A stretch of DNA of 64,000 nucleotides from an uncultured Spirochaetales bacterium. Its GTDB lineage: Bacteria > UBP6 > UBA1177. The notes under the pieces are model-generated. The model did not search any database and was not told where the DNA came from. It saw nothing but the letters and a program-made list of their open reading frames with translations. The DNA is taken from positions 63,580-127,579 of the forward strand of contig CACYHH010000003.1 in assembly GCA_902774115.1 (NCBI GenBank). The letters are read 5' to 3'. Of the stretch, positions 19,754-29,214 are shown piece after piece. Position 1 is the first letter of the stretch. Each line of letters starts with the position of its first letter. The translations under genes and the position numbers were made by a program.

Positions 19754-20503
19754 ATGAGAAGAACGATAATTGCTGCAAACTGGAAAATGAACAATCTGAT
19801 GAAAGATGCGATCACTTTCTTTTCAGAATTCGGTGATACGGCGCTCAAATCGGAGAATGAAGTTATCATCGCGCCGGCTTACCCTTATATTCCGCTTGCT
19901 TCTGCGCTTGCAAAAAACCAGAATATCGAGATCGCGGCTCAGGATGTCTATCCGAAAGCTGAAGGTGCTTTCACCGGCATGGTCGGCGGAAAAATGCTTG
20001 CAGATATCGGTGTTTCAGCCGTTATAATCGGTCACAGCGAGCGCCGCAGGATCTTCGGCGAACCTAACGAACTTATCCGCGAAAAGGTGAAATTCGTGCA
20101 GGAGAACGGTCTTCATCTTATTTTCTGTGTCGGTGAAACTCTGCCCGAAAGAGAAAACGGTTCGATGTTCGATGTGCTTAAAGAACAGATTTATTCCGCT
20201 TTTGACGATAATCTGACCCTTGCTCCGGAAAAGATCACCGTTGCCTACGAGCCGGTATGGGCAATCGGAACAGGCGTCACGGCGACTCCGGAACAGGCAG
20301 TCGAAATGCACGCTTTCATCCGCAAAATATTGAAAGAGAGATACGGATATGAAGATTCGAGAATCCTTTACGGCGGAAGTGTAAAACCTGAGAATATACA
20401 AGGACTTTTGAGCCATGAAGATATCGACGGCGCACTCGTCGGCGGAGCAAGCCTCAAGGCATCGTCTTTCATGAAACTGGTTAATTTCCAAGCGGTGAAA
20501 TAA
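19754..20503 (+). CDS. tpiA: triose-phosphate isomerase
   Basis: AANWKMN, IGHSERR, VAYEPVWAIGTG. AGGAGG RBS. Confidence 0.9.
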   Translation: MRRTIIAANWKMNNLMKDAITFFSEFGDTALKSENEVIIAPAYPYIPLASALAKNQNIEIAAQDVYPKAEGAFTGMVGGKMLADIGVSAVIIGHSERRRIFGEPNELIREKVKFVQENGLHLIFCVGETLPERENGSMFDVLKEQIYSAFDDNLTLAPEKITVAYEPVWAIGTGVTATPEQAVEMHAFIRKILKERYGYEDSRILYGGSVKPENIQGLLSHEDIDGALVGGASLKASSFMKLVNFQAVK

Positions 20504-21549
20504 TGAAAAACAGAAGACTTATGGTCGCCGATATCGAAGACGGCGATATAATAATCCCCGATTCCAAGTGCTATTTTTTAGTTAAAAAATCATCGGTAAA
20601 AGTTGGCAAAACCGGCAAAAAGTATATTGATCTCGACCTTTTCGACGGTGAGACGACCGTTGCGGGAAAAGTCTGGGATATCACCGAAGAGACCAACGAA
20701 GCGGTGCAGGCAGGAAACGTCATTCAGGTGCTTACCGGAAAAGTCGGAAAGTATCTTTCGAATATGCAGATAACGATAAACGACGCGGTAATCGTGCCGC
20801 CGGAAAAGATTGATTCGGAGTGTGCCGGGATCCTGCCTGAGTCGTTTTATACTTATGAAGAGCTCAAAAAACAGTGGGACGAGCTTATGGAAGTTCTTGT
20901 TCCGAAGCACCGCGAACTTGTGAACAAATTCATGGAAAACGAGAAGATCTGGCAGCTTTTTACGACGATTCCAGGCGGAAGAAGTATGCACCACGCCTGC
21001 CGCAGAGGGCTTTGGGAACATTCGGTTTCGGTCGCTCAGTCGGCTCTTGCTGTTTCAGATGTTTTCGATGAAAAATACGGTCTCGATATTTCGCTCGTCG
21101 TTCTGGCTTCGATGCTCCACGATGTCGGAAAAATCTTTGAATTTCAGATAAATCCGGCAACTTCGATGGTTGACAGATATTCCGACAGAGGCAAACTTTT
21201 AGGGCACATCTACATGGGAGCGACCTGGCTTGAAAAGCTTGTTTCATCGTGTTTTCCTGAAGACAACGACCTTAAAATGGATCTTATTCACATAATTCTG
21301 AGTCACCACGGACAGTATGAATTCGGTTCTCCGAAACGCCCGAAAACGCTTGAAGCGCTCATCGTTTCGGCATGCGACAACCTCGATGCAAGCTGTGACG
21401 CCGTCAAATCGTGCTTCGGCGACAATATGGAAGGAAACTGGACAAAACCTGTTTATATGATGGAACGCGCTTTTTTCAGACGCCAGGAAAACGGCGGAAA
21501 CGGCGCGGAAATTCCGGATGAAACGGAAGAACAAACTTTTAATAATTAA
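20503..21549 (+). CDS. YhaM-like OB-fold + HD-domain 3'-5' exoribonuclease/phosphohydrolase
   Basis: N-terminal OB fold (VKKSSVKVGKTGKKYIDLDLFDGETTVAGKVWDITEE, YhaM-like pattern). HD motifs (MLHDVGK, ILSHHGQYEFG). Confidence 0.55.
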   Translation: MKNRRLMVADIEDGDIIIPDSKCYFLVKKSSVKVGKTGKKYIDLDLFDGETTVAGKVWDITEETNEAVQAGNVIQVLTGKVGKYLSNMQITINDAVIVPPEKIDSECAGILPESFYTYEELKKQWDELMEVLVPKHRELVNKFMENEKIWQLFTTIPGGRSMHHACRRGLWEHSVSVAQSALAVSDVFDEKYGLDISLVVLASMLHDVGKIFEFQINPATSMVDRYSDRGKLLGHIYMGATWLEKLVSSCFPEDNDLKMDLIHIILSHHGQYEFGSPKRPKTLEALIVSACDNLDASCDAVKSCFGDNMEGNWTKPVYMMERAFFRRQENGGNGAEIPDETEEQTFNN

Positions 21550-21566
21550 CTTTTTGGGAGGAAAAA

Positions 21567-22568
21567 ATGTCAAAAATTCGTGTTGCAATCAACGGCTTCG
21601 GCAGAATCGGAAGAGCTGTTTTCAGAATCGCTGAAGGAAGCGATCAGGTTGAAATCGTCGTTATAAATGATCTTACCGATCCCAGAACTCTGGCTCATCT
21701 TTTGAAGTATGACTCGGTTCACGGAACTTGGGATAAAGATGTCAAGGCCGGTGAATCTTCGATCATTGTCAACGGCCGCGAAGTACAGATCCTTGCAGAA
21801 AAAGACCCGGAAAACCTTCCTTGGAGAGATATGAAAATAGATGCTGTCCTTGAGTGCACGGGCCGCTTCACGGCAAGGGAAAAGGCAAACCTTCACATTG
21901 AAGCAGGCGCAAGGAAAGTCCTCATCTCCGCTCCGGCAAAGGGCGAGGACATGACGGTTGTCTACGGCGTAAACGATTATCTTTACGACAAAGAGAGACA
22001 CAACATCATTTCGAACGCAAGCTGCACCACGAACTGCCTTGCCCCGATAACCTACATCATGCACAAACACTTCGGGATCAAACACGGTCTTATGACCACG
22101 ATCCACTCATACACGAACGACCAGCGCATCCTCGACCTTCCGCACAAGGATCTCCGCAGGGCGAGAGCGGGCGCAGTCAGCATGATCCCGACGACTACCG
22201 GCGCTGCAAAGGCTATCAGCCTTGTTATTCCTGAACTTAAGGGCAAACTCGACGGTATTTCGATAAGAGTCCCGACACCCAACGTAAGTGTTGTCGATGC
22301 AACTTTCGTCATCGAAAAGGAGACAACTGCCGAAGAAATCAACGCACTTATGAAGGAATACGCCGAAGGTCAGATGAAAGGCGTTCTCAGATACTGCGAC
22401 GAGCCGCTTGTTTCGCACGATTTCAACGGCGACCCGCACTCTTCTATTCTTGACGCTCTCAACACTGCCGTAATGCAGGGAAATATGGTCAAACTTCTCA
22501 GCTGGTACGACAATGAATGGGGCTACAGCAACAGAATGTTCGACGTTCTGAAGAAACTTTTTGCTTAA
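21567..22568 (+). CDS. gap: glyceraldehyde-3-phosphate dehydrogenase
   Basis: INGFGRIGR, SNASCTTNCLAP. 333 aa. Confidence 0.9.
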   Translation: MSKIRVAINGFGRIGRAVFRIAEGSDQVEIVVINDLTDPRTLAHLLKYDSVHGTWDKDVKAGESSIIVNGREVQILAEKDPENLPWRDMKIDAVLECTGRFTAREKANLHIEAGARKVLISAPAKGEDMTVVYGVNDYLYDKERHNIISNASCTTNCLAPITYIMHKHFGIKHGLMTTIHSYTNDQRILDLPHKDLRRARAGAVSMIPTTTGAAKAISLVIPELKGKLDGISIRVPTPNVSVVDATFVIEKETTAEEINALMKEYAEGQMKGVLRYCDEPLVSHDFNGDPHSSILDALNTAVMQGNMVKLLSWYDNEWGYSNRMFDVLKKLFA

Positions 22569-22582
22569 AAACGGAGGTTTTT

Positions 22583-23788
22583 ATGGGTTTTTTCGATACT
22601 CTCGGTGTCAAGTGCGTAAACGAACTCGCCATCAGGGAAAAAAGGGTCTTTCTGAGAACCGATTTTAATTTTCCTGTTGATGAAAACGGAAATATCGCCG
22701 ATCTTGAAAGGATAAACAAGGCAATACCTACGATAAAGCACATTCTGGAACACAATGCGCGCCTTATCATCGCGTCACATTTCGGAAGACCCGAGAGCGA
22801 AAAGGATGTTCAGTACACGCTTGAACCTTTTGCGGCAAAGCTGGCGGAGATCCTCGAACAGGATATCTACTTCTTCGAGGATTGCTGCGGCATGGGCGCA
22901 ATGCAGATGGTAAGAGATCTCAAGCCCGGTCAGATACTCGTTCTTGAAAACCTCAGATTCAACAGCGAAGAGAAAAAAGGTTCGTCCGCTTTTGCAAGAG
23001 AGCTTGCTAAGATGTGCGACGTCTATATCAACGACGCTTTCGGCGTTTCGCACAGAAAGGATACCTCGATTGCCGTTCTTCCGCGTTTCGTCGATACGAA
23101 AGGGGCAAGTTTCGCTGTAAAGCAGGAAGTTGACGAACTGTCGAAATTCCTCGGTCTGGAGCACGGAAGCGGTCTTGGCATCATGCTCGGCGGATCGAAC
23201 ACAACAGATAAAATCGGGCTTATACGTCCGATGCTCGACATGGCGGACAAAATCATTCTCGGCGGTCCTCTGGCTTACACTTTCATGGCGGCACAGGGCA
23301 TCAGCGTCGGCGCTACACCTGTTGACGAAGAGAAGATCCCGCTTGCAAAAGAGATCCTGAAAAGTGCGAAAGTCCGCAAAGTCGAAATCGTTCTTCCGGT
23401 CGATCACGTTGTCGCCGAAACGGTCAATTCGACTGAACCTGCTGTATGCAAAAGCGAATCTTTCCCTGAAGGAATGTCTGCTTTTGACATCGGTCCTGAA
23501 ACGGTCGAGCTTTTTGCACAGAAGATTGCAGAGTGCAGGCATCTTTTCTGGAGCGGTCCGATGGGTGTTTACGAAAAACCGCAGTTCTCGGTCGGAAGTC
23601 TCAAGCTCGCCCAGAAAATTTCTGCCTTGCCGATTCACAAAGTCGCAGGCGGCGGAGATACCGAGGAAATGCTCGGAAAAACGGAATTCGCGAAAAATTT
23701 CGACTATGTTTTTACATGCGGAACGGCGGCGCTGGAATTTCTTAAAAACGGAGGGATGATTCCCGGTTTGGAAGCCCTGAAGGATTAG
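22583..23788 (+). CDS. pgk: phosphoglycerate kinase
   Basis: RVFLRTDFNFPV, IIASHFGRP. The ATG at 22583 has a GGAGG RBS right after the gap stop. Confidence 0.9.
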   Translation: MGFFDTLGVKCVNELAIREKRVFLRTDFNFPVDENGNIADLERINKAIPTIKHILEHNARLIIASHFGRPESEKDVQYTLEPFAAKLAEILEQDIYFFEDCCGMGAMQMVRDLKPGQILVLENLRFNSEEKKGSSAFARELAKMCDVYINDAFGVSHRKDTSIAVLPRFVDTKGASFAVKQEVDELSKFLGLEHGSGLGIMLGGSNTTDKIGLIRPMLDMADKIILGGPLAYTFMAAQGISVGATPVDEEKIPLAKEILKSAKVRKVEIVLPVDHVVAETVNSTEPAVCKSESFPEGMSAFDIGPETVELFAQKIAECRHLFWSGPMGVYEKPQFSVGSLKLAQKISALPIHKVAGGGDTEEMLGKTEFAKNFDYVFTCGTAALEFLKNGGMIPGLEALKD

Positions 23789-23795
23789 AGGGAAA

Positions 23796-24116
23796 ATGGC
23801 AAAACTTACGATGGCGACATCGGCTGATTTCAAGCCGAGGGCAAAAAAACTGACGCAGGTCGAAATGGAGAAAATAACCGAAAGCCGCAAGGTTAATCTC
23901 GGTTATTCGCAGGAATGGCCGCGCCAGAAACTCAGGATTTCCGACCTCTATCCGGACGAAAAATTCCTGAAAGAAAATCTGATGCACGAGTATAAGTACT
24001 TTATTTTAATGATTCTTCCGGTCATCGTTACATCTGCTGTAGTTCTTGTTCACAGGAACAATCTATACAACGAATTTCTTGCTTACCTCGAAGAGTTTCT
24101 TTCACAAATCTGGTGA
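23796..24116 (+). CDS. hypothetical small protein (one predicted TM near the C-terminus)
   Basis: ORF only; no recognisable motif. Confidence 0.25.
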   Translation: MAKLTMATSADFKPRAKKLTQVEMEKITESRKVNLGYSQEWPRQKLRISDLYPDEKFLKENLMHEYKYFILMILPVIVTSAVVLVHRNNLYNEFLAYLEEFLSQIW

Positions 24117-24214
24117 TTCTCCGGCTTTTTCAGATGATGAAAATCTTGACTTGATTATTCCAGAATATACTCTCACGCGAAAATTTGTTGTTTTATAAAT
24201 TTAAGGAGTTTGAA

Positions 24215-25903
24215 ATGACTAAAATCATCGAATGTGTTCCCAATTTTTCTGAAGGAAGAGATATGTCCGTAATCGACAAGATTACAGCTGAAATCAAGAA
24301 GGTGAGCGGTGTCAGACTGCTGGACGTCGATCCGGGATACGACACGAACAGAACTGTCGTCACGTTTGTCGGCGAGCCCGAAGCTGTAAAACAGGCCGCT
24401 TTCGCTGCTGTAAAAAAGAGCCACGAACTCATTGACATGCGCCACCACAAAGGTGCTCATCCCCGCTTCGGTGCATGCGATGTCTGCCCCGTTATTCCGG
24501 TCAGCGGCGTAACGATGGACGAATGCGTCGAAATTGCGCACGAGCTCGGCAAAAGACTTGGCGAAGAGCTCGACTATCCGGTTTATTTCTACGAATACGC
24601 GGCTACAAGCCCCGAAAGAAGAAACCTTGCGACAGTCCGTTCCGGCGAATACGAAGGTCTTGAAGCAAAACTCAAAGATCCGAAATGGAAACCCGATTTC
24701 GGCCCGGCTGAATTCCGTCCGACAAAAGGGGCTACAGCTGTTTCGGCGCGTGATTTCCTTATCGCTTACAACATCAACCTCAACACGACGAACGCGAAAA
24801 AGGCAAACGCGATCGCTCTCAGGCTACGCGAGCAGGGTTACCCGGAAAAAGACGCGGACGGCAACCCGAAACTTGACGCAAACGGCAAAAAAATCATGCA
24901 CCCCGGCATGTTCAAGAACTGCAAAGCTATCGGCTGGTATGTTGATGACTTCAAAAGGGCGCAGATTTCTATAAACCTCACGAATTACCACGTAACCAAT
25001 ATGTTCCACGTTTTCGACGCCGCTTCGAAACTTGCGGAAGAGAAGGGACTCCGTGTAACAGGCAGCGAGATCGTCGGCGTTCTTCCTAAAGAAGCTCTCA
25101 TCGAAGCGGGTATCCACTACCTTGAAAAACAGGGGACATGCGCAGGTCAGAGCGAAGCCGAGCTCATCAAGATCGCGGAACAGTCGCTTGGACTCAGCGA
25201 TGTAGTCAAATTCAAACCCGAAGAAAAAGTTATCGAATACATGGTGAAAGAGACAAAAGGGCTTTCCGACATCACAGTCACGGAATTTTCTGATCTTCTT
25301 GCAAGTGACGCTCCGGCTCCCGGCGGCGGTTCTGTTGCTGCTCTCTGCGGTTCTCTCGCAGCGGCTTTAGGGAGCATGGTCGCAAACCTTACTTACAACA
25401 AAAAAGGCTACAAAGAGCACAACGAAAAGATGAATACTGTCGCCAAGGATATGCAGGTAAGACGTGCCGAGCTTCTTCATCTCATCGACGAAGACACGAA
25501 CGCCTTCAACATCATGATGGCGGCGATGAAAGCTCAGAACGCGGCTAAAAAAGCGGGGAATCCCGATGAGATCGCAGCTGCGGATAAAAATATGGACGAA
25601 GCAAACAAATACGCGATCTCAGTTCCGCTTCACGTTCTTGAGAAAACTTACGAGCTTCTTCCGAACCTCAAAACCGTCGGCGAATTCGGCAACATCAACG
25701 CCGCAAGCGATGCCGGTGTAGGCGCTCTGCTCGTTCAGGCCGGTGTAAAGGCGGCAGCTCTCAACGTCAAAATCAACCTCAAGAATTTCGCGAAAGATGA
25801 TCCTTTCTACGCTGAAACTTCGGCTGCGATGAACAAAGTTCTTGATGTTGTTGACAAGGAAGCCGGGGAAATTCTTGCAATTGTTGAAAAGAAAATAAGT
25901 TAG
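24215..25903 (+). CDS. ftcD: bifunctional glutamate formimidoyltransferase / formimidoyl-THF cyclodeaminase
   Basis: N-terminal MTKIIECVPNFSEGRD transferase signature. C-terminal cyclodeaminase domain (PGGGSVAALCGSLAAALG). AAGGAG RBS. Confidence 0.8.
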   Translation: MTKIIECVPNFSEGRDMSVIDKITAEIKKVSGVRLLDVDPGYDTNRTVVTFVGEPEAVKQAAFAAVKKSHELIDMRHHKGAHPRFGACDVCPVIPVSGVTMDECVEIAHELGKRLGEELDYPVYFYEYAATSPERRNLATVRSGEYEGLEAKLKDPKWKPDFGPAEFRPTKGATAVSARDFLIAYNINLNTTNAKKANAIALRLREQGYPEKDADGNPKLDANGKKIMHPGMFKNCKAIGWYVDDFKRAQISINLTNYHVTNMFHVFDAASKLAEEKGLRVTGSEIVGVLPKEALIEAGIHYLEKQGTCAGQSEAELIKIAEQSLGLSDVVKFKPEEKVIEYMVKETKGLSDITVTEFSDLLASDAPAPGGGSVAALCGSLAAALGSMVANLTYNKKGYKEHNEKMNTVAKDMQVRRAELLHLIDEDTNAFNIMMAAMKAQNAAKKAGNPDEIAAADKNMDEANKYAISVPLHVLEKTYELLPNLKTVGEFGNINAASDAGVGALLVQAGVKAAALNVKINLKNFAKDDPFYAETSAAMNKVLDVVDKEAGEILAIVEKKIS

Positions 25904-25906
25904 TTG

Positions 25907-26554
25907 ATGAAACTCAATTCGATTTTCCAGTCCATTCAGGGTGAAGGGCGGTTTCAAGGCTATCCTTCTGATTTTATCAGGTTTTTCGGATGCAACTTGA
26001 ATTGCATCTACTGCGACACGAAACAGACTCTTTCGGGAGATTCGTTTTACATTGAAACGCCTGAGGCAGTCGCTGAAAAAATCAATAAATCTGATATTTT
26101 AGATGTCTGCATTACCGGCGGAGAACCGCTGTGCCAGGAGGAAGAGCTTCTTAAACTTCTGAAACTGCTCCGCGGCAAAAGAATATCAGTCGAAACCAAC
26201 GGAAGTATAGAGCTTGAGCCGCTTTACCGTGAATTTTATGCGGCAAAAACAGATTCTGAGCTCTATTTTTCGACAGACTGGAAAACTCCCGGTTCCGGAA
26301 ATCCAGTTTTTGACGAAAGAAATATCGGTTTTTTGAGAAAAAGCGGTGCAGGGTGGATCAAATTTGTGACCGGAACAGTTGAAGATCTTGATTTTATTGA
26401 TGAAAAACTTCCGATGCTTGACGGGATCGAAACATACTTAAGTCCTGTTTTCGAGAATGGAAAAGAGTGGTTTTCGGCAGTTGAAAAGTTCGTCAAAAGT
26501 CACAAAAATATCAGACTGCAGCTCCAGCTGCACAAAATTCTGGGGATAGAATAA
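25907..26554 (+). CDS. queE: 7-carboxy-7-deazaguanine synthase (radical SAM QueE)
   Basis: SIFQSIQGEG...FIRFFGCNLNCIYCDTKQT closely parallels E. coli QueE ([36 protein letters not shown]). Confidence 0.65.
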   Translation: MKLNSIFQSIQGEGRFQGYPSDFIRFFGCNLNCIYCDTKQTLSGDSFYIETPEAVAEKINKSDILDVCITGGEPLCQEEELLKLLKLLRGKRISVETNGSIELEPLYREFYAAKTDSELYFSTDWKTPGSGNPVFDERNIGFLRKSGAGWIKFVTGTVEDLDFIDEKLPMLDGIETYLSPVFENGKEWFSAVEKFVKSHKNIRLQLQLHKILGIE

Positions 26555-26568
26555 CAAAGAGGTTTAGC

Positions 26569-27681
26569 ATGGATAAAGCGTATTTTTCTTATGAAAATTT
26601 CAAAAAAGACGATATCCGCGGCGTTGACGCCAAGTTCGAGGCGCAGAAAATCGCGTTTGCTCCGCTTGCGTTTCAGGCGGTAAACTCGATGCTTGAGCTC
26701 GGAATAATGAAAATCATCGAGGATGCTGGCGATGATGGCATTACTCTTGAAAAAATTGCGGAAAAATCGGGAATTTCGAAATATGGTCTTTCGGTTATCT
26801 GCGAAATGGCTCTCGGTATGAATGTCCTCAAACTTTCGGCGGATTCAAACCCTGAAAACGAGAAATTCGTTCTCGGAAAAATCGGCTGGATGCTCCTTGA
26901 AGACGACCTGACCCGCGTCAATTTCCGCTTTACGAACGATATCTGCTTTCAGGGCTCTTTTGATTTGGAAAAATCGATAAAAAACGGCAAGCCGGAAGGG
27001 CTCAAAGTCTTCGGCGACCAGTGGGTCACGGTTTACGAAGCGCTTTCAACGCTGCCAGAAAAGGCGAAAAAAAGCTGGTTCGATTTTGACCATTTTTATT
27101 CCGATATAGCTTTTCCTGAGGCTCTTCCGATAGTTTTTGCCGACAAACCGAAGACGATAGTCGATATCGGCGGTAATACTGCGAAATGGTCGATTGCGTG
27201 CTGCAAATACGATCCGGATGTCAAAATGATAATCGCCGATCTGCCGGGGCAGACGAAAGTCGCTGCCGAAAACGCGAAAAAAGAGGGACTCTCTGAAAGG
27301 ATTTCTTACTGCGAAGGAAACATTCTCCGCGAATCGACGAAACTGCCGGAAAACCCCGACACTTTCTGGATGAGCCAGTTCCTTGACTGTTTCTCGCTTC
27401 ATCAGATAACGAAAATCATGAAAAAAATACACGAAGTTGCTGGCGAAAAGACGAAAGTTTACGTTCTTGAACCGCTTTGGGACTGCCAGAGATTCAATGC
27501 CGCGGCATATTCGCTTCAGGCAACTTCACTTTACTTCACCTGCATTGCAAACGGAAACAGCAAGATGTACCGCTTCAAAGAGCTCTGCGACGCGATCTGC
27601 GAAGGCGGTTTCAGACTTGAATGCTCGCACCACAATCTTGGTTCGAACTCTTATTCACTGCTTGAATTCAAAAAGGCATGA
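26569..27681 (+). CDS. SAM-dependent O-methyltransferase (class I, OMT family 2 with N-terminal dimerisation/wHTH domain)
   Basis: Dimerisation domain (KIAFAPLAFQAVNSMLELGI). SAM motif IVDIGGNTAKWS...IADLP. Confidence 0.6.
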   Translation: MDKAYFSYENFKKDDIRGVDAKFEAQKIAFAPLAFQAVNSMLELGIMKIIEDAGDDGITLEKIAEKSGISKYGLSVICEMALGMNVLKLSADSNPENEKFVLGKIGWMLLEDDLTRVNFRFTNDICFQGSFDLEKSIKNGKPEGLKVFGDQWVTVYEALSTLPEKAKKSWFDFDHFYSDIAFPEALPIVFADKPKTIVDIGGNTAKWSIACCKYDPDVKMIIADLPGQTKVAAENAKKEGLSERISYCEGNILRESTKLPENPDTFWMSQFLDCFSLHQITKIMKKIHEVAGEKTKVYVLEPLWDCQRFNAAAYSLQATSLYFTCIANGNSKMYRFKELCDAICEGGFRLECSHHNLGSNSYSLLEFKKA

Positions 27682-28343
27682 GCGAAGTTTTTGTTTCAAA
27701 ACCGGTGATGTGGGCACCCGGACTTGAAGATATCCCGGAAAAATGGGAAAAGTGGCTTTCATGCGATGAAACAATCGAAAAATCGAAGGCTGCTCCGAAA
27801 CTTGAATACACTGAACCGCTTTTCAGGCGCAGGCTGAGCCAGATTTCGAAGATGACAGTTCACGTCGTCCACGAACTTCTTGGAAAGGAGAAGTTTGATA
27901 AAGATACAAAAATTGTTTTTGTCTCGCTCCGTGGGGAAATTGCCCGCGAATTTTCGATAAATCAGGGGATAATCGAGGAAAAAACGATACTTCCTGCTGG
28001 ATTTTCACTTTCGGTTTTCAATACTCCTGTAGCCCTTGCAACGATCGCTTTAGGGCTCACGGGCGGATATTCTGCGGTGTATCCCTCAAAAAGTGATTTT
28101 TCGTCGGCTTTGAAAAACGCTTTTGCCCCGGTTTTATGCGGCGATGAAGAAAAAATCGTTCTTGTTTATGCCGACGAACTTGTTCCCGAGTGTTACGGCG
28201 TTGATTCAATTCCGCTTGCATTCGCGGCGGTGCTAAGCGCTGAAAAAACGGAAACCTCAGTCAAAATTGATGATTTCGAGAGTATAAAATCACCGGATGA
28301 CTTTTTGAAACACCTTCTTGAAGCGGGGAGGAGCGATGTTTAG
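27678..28343 (+). CDS. beta-ketoacyl-synthase N-terminal-like domain protein (chain-length-factor-like, no active-site Cys)
   Basis: ILPAGFSLSVFNTPVALATIALGLTGGYSAVYP...VLVYADE resembles the KS-N core without the catalytic Cys. ATGA overlap with the upstream methyltransferase. Confidence 0.4.
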   Translation: MSEVFVSKPVMWAPGLEDIPEKWEKWLSCDETIEKSKAAPKLEYTEPLFRRRLSQISKMTVHVVHELLGKEKFDKDTKIVFVSLRGEIAREFSINQGIIEEKTILPAGFSLSVFNTPVALATIALGLTGGYSAVYPSKSDFSSALKNAFAPVLCGDEEKIVLVYADELVPECYGVDSIPLAFAAVLSAEKTETSVKIDDFESIKSPDDFLKHLLEAGRSDV

Positions 28344-29175
28344 AATCCCTGAAAATCTGCCCAAAATCAGGAATATATTTTTCTACTGCTACCATTCGTT
28401 AGGCAAGATCGCGGCGATACTTTACATCGTTTTCGGCTCGATGGTCATCGGTTTTATCATTTTCCCTTTCATCAGGCTCTTTTCAAAAGATAAAAACGAT
28501 TTTTATGTGAAGGCGAGAAGGTATGTCTCCAACGTTTTCAAACGGTTCCTTTTCATGCTCAAAATAACCGACATCGTCGAGATGAGAGTGCCTGAAATGG
28601 AGAAACTGCGTAACCTGAAAGGGAAAGTTATCGTCGCGAACCACCCGTCGCTTCTCGATTTTGTCTGCATGACGGCGCTTGTTCCGAACGCTAACTGCAT
28701 AGTACGGGCAAATCTCACAAGAACGCCTTATGTCGGCATAATCAGCCAGATCTACATCACTAACGACGAGAATTATGACGATTTGTTCGAAGCGTGCAAA
28801 GAAGATCTCGACAACGGCAACAACGTCCTGATTTTTCCTGAAGGAACGCGCACTCCGCGCTTCAAAAGGAACATCTACCAGAAAGGTGCCGCAAGAATCG
28901 CGCTCCACGCGAAATGCGACGTTCTCCCTGTTTTCATCGGCGGAAGCGACAAATACGGCCTCGGCAAGCACGATCCGCTCTTTTCCTACAATCCCGTTGA
29001 AGAGTATTTTTACGATTTCCAGCTTCTTCCCGAAATAAAAAGTTCCGACTACGAAGGAATGCCTTCACCAGCCGCGGCAAAGCGCATCACCGGCAAAATC
29101 GAGGAAGAGATCCTCGCCGCCGATGCCGAATACAGAAAAACCAACACCAAGTGCAGAACCTTCAATAATGTGTGA
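28336..29175 (+). CDS. lysophospholipid acyltransferase (LPLAT/AGPAT family) membrane protein
   Basis: NHPSLLD (HX4D) and FPEGTRT motifs. N-terminal TM. Overlaps the upstream gene. Confidence 0.7.
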   Translation: MFRIPENLPKIRNIFFYCYHSLGKIAAILYIVFGSMVIGFIIFPFIRLFSKDKNDFYVKARRYVSNVFKRFLFMLKITDIVEMRVPEMEKLRNLKGKVIVANHPSLLDFVCMTALVPNANCIVRANLTRTPYVGIISQIYITNDENYDDLFEACKEDLDNGNNVLIFPEGTRTPRFKRNIYQKGAARIALHAKCDVLPVFIGGSDKYGLGKHDPLFSYNPVEEYFYDFQLLPEIKSSDYEGMPSPAAAKRITGKIEEEILAADAEYRKTNTKCRTFNNV

Positions 29176-29214
29176 GCTAAGACGAGTCTGGTTTTTTTTA
29201 CTTTGGAGAATGTC

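Noticed and set aside
22775-23890. 371-aa minus-strand ORF
   Set aside because: It lies fully antisense to pgk, which has clear kinase motifs.
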